A stretch of 32,000 nt of DNA. Source: Pyrodictium abyssi. GTDB taxonomy: Archaea > Thermoproteota > Thermoprotei_A > Sulfolobales > Pyrodictiaceae. Location: positions 840,001-872,000 of the forward strand of contig NZ_AP028907.1 of assembly GCF_036323395.1 (NCBI RefSeq), read 5' to 3'. Of the stretch, positions 28,866 to 32,000 are shown piece by piece (the stretch's first letter is position 1; each line of letters begins with the position of its first letter). A program made the position numbers and the translations under genes. The notes beneath the pieces were generated by a model. It made no database searches and was not told where the DNA came from. It saw only the letters and a list, made by a program, of their open reading frames with translations.

Positions 28866-29471
28866 GTGGGAGGAGCCTTGCCGGAGAAGCTAGACTTTTC
28901 CAACGTACCTCTACGACCGACGTCCAAGAGGGAAATCAGGCTTCTCGAAACCGCGCTGATAGTAGGTACGTTGTACAGGCCCGACATAATGGAGCTTATA
29001 AGGGACCCCCTCGAGAAGGCTACATGGCTAGATAGCCTAGCTGTTGCGGCTGCTGCTCTTGCCAGGGAGAAGGCCGGGTACACAGTGAGCCAGATAGCGG
29101 AGGAGCTAGGCCGCAGCGAGACCACTATACGTGCACATCTAAGCGGCAAGACTAAGGCCGGCAAGATAGTCAGGGAGACCTACGAGAAGCTTGCAAGAGG
29201 ACAACTAGAACTATCCATACCATTCATCGCCGGTGGCCAGCAAGAGCTAAGCGAGGAGCTAGAGGAGCTTAGGCTGGAAAACGAGAAGCTGAGGAAAGAG
29301 CTCGAACAATGCCGCGAGATAGAAACAATTAGGAAACAACTAGAGGAGATACGGGGAGAAATAGGGAAGCTAGAGGCAGAGAAAAAGGAACTCGAGACCC
29401 GGCTCGAAGAATGCGCGGAGAAGGCGAAACTGATAGAAGAGATACGTAGCCTAGTCTGCGGCACCCAATAG
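28866..29471 (+). CDS. HTH-domain regulator with C-terminal coiled coil
   Basis: YTVSQIAEELGRSETTIRAHLSGKTKAG followed by long Leu/Glu heptad region; GTG start. Confidence 0.75.
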   Translation: MGGALPEKLDFSNVPLRPTSKREIRLLETALIVGTLYRPDIMELIRDPLEKATWLDSLAVAAAALAREKAGYTVSQIAEELGRSETTIRAHLSGKTKAGKIVRETYEKLARGQLELSIPFIAGGQQELSEELEELRLENEKLRKELEQCREIETIRKQLEEIRGEIGKLEAEKKELETRLEECAEKAKLIEEIRSLVCGTQ

Positions 29472-29521
29472 TAATCATTCATTGCACTGTCTGTGCGAGG
29501 ATCCAAGCCGCTATGATGTAG

Positions 29522-29944
29522 GTGGCTGGGTTGCCGTGCCCATGGTATAGAGGTGGGCTGTGCACATCACCCAAGCTATCGAGGCCATCATCTGCTGTTA
29601 CATCGCCTACCCGATGCCAAGGCGACGAGGCCGAGTACGTGGCCTGCCAGTTCTACGTGGACCCCGAGAGTGGGCGTAAGCAGCGCTCACCACTAGAGGC
29701 TGGTATGAGGCCAGCTATTGCCGAGCAGCTACGCCCATATCCACCTATACACCTTGTCCATGCCAGGCCGCGGTCACGCTGCCCATTCATGAAGGTGTAC
29801 GACTACAGTGGTGGGTATCTAGCGCAGTGCCGGGTGCTGAATAGGCTTCTAACACGGAGCGAGGTGGAGACTTGCGATAAGTACTGGTCTTCGTGCCCAT
29901 TCTACAAGATGGGCCTGCATCAGAAAACCTCGGAGCTACAGTAG
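29522..29944 (+). CDS. hypothetical protein with conserved-looking cysteines (possible metal or Fe-S binding)
   Basis: CPFMKVYDYSGGYLAQCRVL...CDKYWSSCPFY; start uncertain. Confidence 0.6.
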   Translation: MAGLPCPWYRGGLCTSPKLSRPSSAVTSPTRCQGDEAEYVACQFYVDPESGRKQRSPLEAGMRPAIAEQLRPYPPIHLVHARPRSRCPFMKVYDYSGGYLAQCRVLNRLLTRSEVETCDKYWSSCPFYKMGLHQKTSELQ

Positions 29945-29949
29945 GCCGT

Positions 29950-30267
29950 TTAGACTGCTATACTCGCCGGCGGGAGCGGGAAGCCAGCTACACCCACGCC
30001 TACCACACCGCTTGCCATGGCAAGTAGGTAGTCGGCGAGTTTCTCCGGATCAGTCTTGATTGAAGGTAGGTATACCTCTACGTTGTTTACTAGCACTATG
30101 GGCTCGAAGGAGTCTTCGATGTCCAGTGCTGGCACCGTTACCTCGGTGTAGTCCACGACAATGCCAAGATCCCTTAGCGTATCTACTACTGCTCTCGCGT
30201 TCTCCCTTACTCCATGGCTTATTGGACCATATCCATGTATTACTGTTATCTCGAGCACGGGCTGCAC
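29950..30267 (-). CDS. small hypothetical protein
   Basis: ORF track; alpha/beta-like composition. Confidence 0.55.
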   Translation of the reverse strand: MQPVLEITVIHGYGPISHGVRENARAVVDTLRDLGIVVDYTEVTVPALDIEDSFEPIVLVNNVEVYLPSIKTDPEKLADYLLAMASGVVGVGVAGFPLPPASIAV

Positions 30268-30418
30268 AGTGAGCCCCCGTCTCTTACCAGTCGCTGAGAT
30301 GCGGGCTGGTTAGACTGGCGCCACAATAATACGCTAGCTGAATATAATATTATTATAGCTGTGATACTTGATATAAGCTGTCGCCGCGAGCTAAAAGGCT
30401 ACACCGGGGGCAATAGCA

Positions 30419-31531
30419 GTGCAGGATGCACAGAAGCTCACCATAGATAAGAGGACGCTTAAACAGATAATAAAGGAGCTCAAGAAATGGAAAGCGCCCG
30501 CCACAGTACTGCTAAGCCTCTACATACCACCGGGTAGGCCGATAAGCGACGTAGCTAGCCTTCTCCGCACCGAGTACTCCATAACAGATAACATAAAGCT
30601 GAAGAGGACACGCGACGCTGTACAGCGTGCCCTATCAGCCGCAATGGATAGGCTGAGTAGGATTCAGAAGGTACCGCCAAACGGCCTAGTACTGTTCTGC
30701 GGCGAGGACATGGAGACCAGGGACTTCATATGCCTGATGTTCTCGCCGCCGGAGCCTGTTCCAGTATTCTTCTACCGTACAGACAAGTGGTTCCACACAG
30801 AGTTCCTCGAAGAGATGGTAGAGCACGAGGAAACATTCGGGCTGGTGATAGTAGAAAGGGACCAGGCCACTATAGGCCTGCTGAAGGGCAGCAGGATACA
30901 GGTACTAGAGGAGCTGGAAGGCTATGTACCGGGTAAGCACCACAAGGGCGGCCAGAGCCAGAGGCGTTTCGACCGCCAGATAGAGCAGTTCGTTAAGGGC
31001 TTCTACCGCGAAGTAGCAGAGGCTATGAACAAGCACTTCCTGCCGCTTATCCAGAAGAATGTGCTGAAGGCCATCATACTCGGCGGGCCTGGCTACGCTA
31101 AGCAAGACTTCCTCGAGGATGCCAAGGACTTCCTAGACTACCGTGTACGCCAGAAAATAGCGAGGGAAACCATAGACGTGGCATACCAGGGCGAGGCGGG
31201 GCTCCGCGAACTAGTAATAAAGGCCTCCGAGATTATAGCCAAGAACAAGTATGCAGAGCTAGTAAAGGCCATTGAGGAGTTTAAGCTCCACCTAGCCAAG
31301 GATGATGGCCTCGCGGTCTACGGCGACAAGATGGTGAAGCAAGCCCTCCAGATGGGTGCGCTAAAAGTCATAATACTCGACGAGGAGCGTGACGATGCGG
31401 AGCTGCTGGCAGACGAGGCCAAGAAGTACGGCACCCAGGTATACTTCCTGAGCGGCGACATACCCGAGGCAGAATGGATACGAAAAACCTTCAAGGGCCT
31501 GGTAGGTATACTCCGCTTTAGGCTCTCATAA
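30419..31531 (+). CDS. prf1: peptide chain release factor aRF1
   Basis: GYVPGKHHKGGQSQRRFDRQIE (GGQ motif), NIKLKRTRDAVQRAL (NIKS-region), C-terminal eRF1 domain; GTG start. Confidence 0.95.
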   Translation: MQDAQKLTIDKRTLKQIIKELKKWKAPATVLLSLYIPPGRPISDVASLLRTEYSITDNIKLKRTRDAVQRALSAAMDRLSRIQKVPPNGLVLFCGEDMETRDFICLMFSPPEPVPVFFYRTDKWFHTEFLEEMVEHEETFGLVIVERDQATIGLLKGSRIQVLEELEGYVPGKHHKGGQSQRRFDRQIEQFVKGFYREVAEAMNKHFLPLIQKNVLKAIILGGPGYAKQDFLEDAKDFLDYRVRQKIARETIDVAYQGEAGLRELVIKASEIIAKNKYAELVKAIEEFKLHLAKDDGLAVYGDKMVKQALQMGALKVIILDEERDDAELLADEAKKYGTQVYFLSGDIPEAEWIRKTFKGLVGILRFRLS

Positions 31532-31766
31532 CCCTCACCTAGCACCTACAGCCATCCCGCTGCATACTACGATTCCCCGTCCCCGGGCTTTAGGGCGGGT
31601 ATTCTCTGTAAGGAAAGGCCTACGGGCGGCACAGAGCTATAGGGTAGGCACATCTCTACCATCTCTGGAGCTGCAGCCCCCGGGTCTCAGGCTCAAGTAC
31701 CGCGCCAGCCACCCCAGGCAAAGGATGCCCTAGGAACGAGACGACCAGGGGAAGAGGAGACCCTGC

Positions 31767-32000
31767 TTGGGGCGGCGTATACCTCCACAACTATGTGCTA
31801 GGTGTAAAGGCTACAAGAAGCTCTGCGGCCTCCCCGCATGCCCTATCCTAGAGAAGTTCCGGCTCCAAGCAGAGGCAGTCTCAAGGATACAGGGTGGGCG
31901 AGAAGTCGAAGGGGCTACACCTCCAAGCATAGTTGTTGGCGAGGCTGGCTATCCTCGTGTACCACTACTCTTCAACATACCTCCGGGCGCATATGGTGAC
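31767..32000 (+). CDS. Nre-family DNA repair protein, N-terminal part (partial, runs off the window)
   Basis: My own translation, not in the ORF track: LGRRIPPQLCARCKGYKKLCGLPACPILEKFRLQAEAVSRIQGGREVEGATPPSIVVGEAGYPRVPLLFNIPPGAYGD. Start TTG 31767 is putative. Confidence 0.8.
   Translation, partial: MGRRIPPQLCARCKGYKKLCGLPACPILEKFRLQAEAVSRIQGGREVEGATPPSIVVGEAGYPRVPLLFNIPPGAYGD

Noticed and set aside
28832-29164. 110-aa minus-strand ORF
   Set aside because: Antisense to the HTH/coiled-coil gene.
1-32000. CRISPR array, transposon or defence island
   Set aside because: No regularly spaced direct repeats, no transposase/integrase or recognisable defence proteins; content is housekeeping and conserved archaeal genes.

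Overview
This 32 kb window is a dense, bidirectional, core-genome segment from a hyperthermophilic archaeon. A crenarchaeon (Desulfurococcales/Pyrodictiaceae-like) is inferred from protein content and the frequent GTG/TTG starts. I see no CRISPR array, mobile element, rRNA or tRNA gene. Recognisable genes are: PfkB-family kinase, glyA, CinA/MoCF-domain protein, MIP18/DUF59 protein, serS, a run of three radical SAM genes (PflX-like, COG1031-like, and a probable tetraether-lipid synthase Tes), TatD-like hydrolase, calcineurin-like phosphoesterase, leuS, 6-phospho-3-hexuloisomerase, SplB-like radical SAM, archaeal NMD3, adenosine-specific kinase (DUF355), geranylgeranyl-reductase-like flavoprotein, aRF1, and a partial Nre-family gene running off the right edge. 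Several small Cys-rich, zinc-finger and HTH proteins are also present. The main non-obvious signals are: (1) two probable unannotated C/D box guide sRNAs, at about 13066-13132 (+) and 28310-28377 (-), whose D guides look complementary to conserved 16S rRNA segments, plus a weaker third candidate at 14086-14139 (-); (2) an intergenic 17-nt match to the 16S segment CGCGGTGAATACGTCCC at 13962-13978, inside an imperfect hairpin; (3) leuS, whose conserved N-terminus extends 30 codons beyond the first usable ATG with no ATG/GTG/TTG available, suggesting a non-canonical ATT start behind a good Shine-Dalgarno; (4) an 18-bp perfect palindrome centred on the likely TATA box of the TatD-like gene. rRNA comparisons are from memory and need alignment to confirm.
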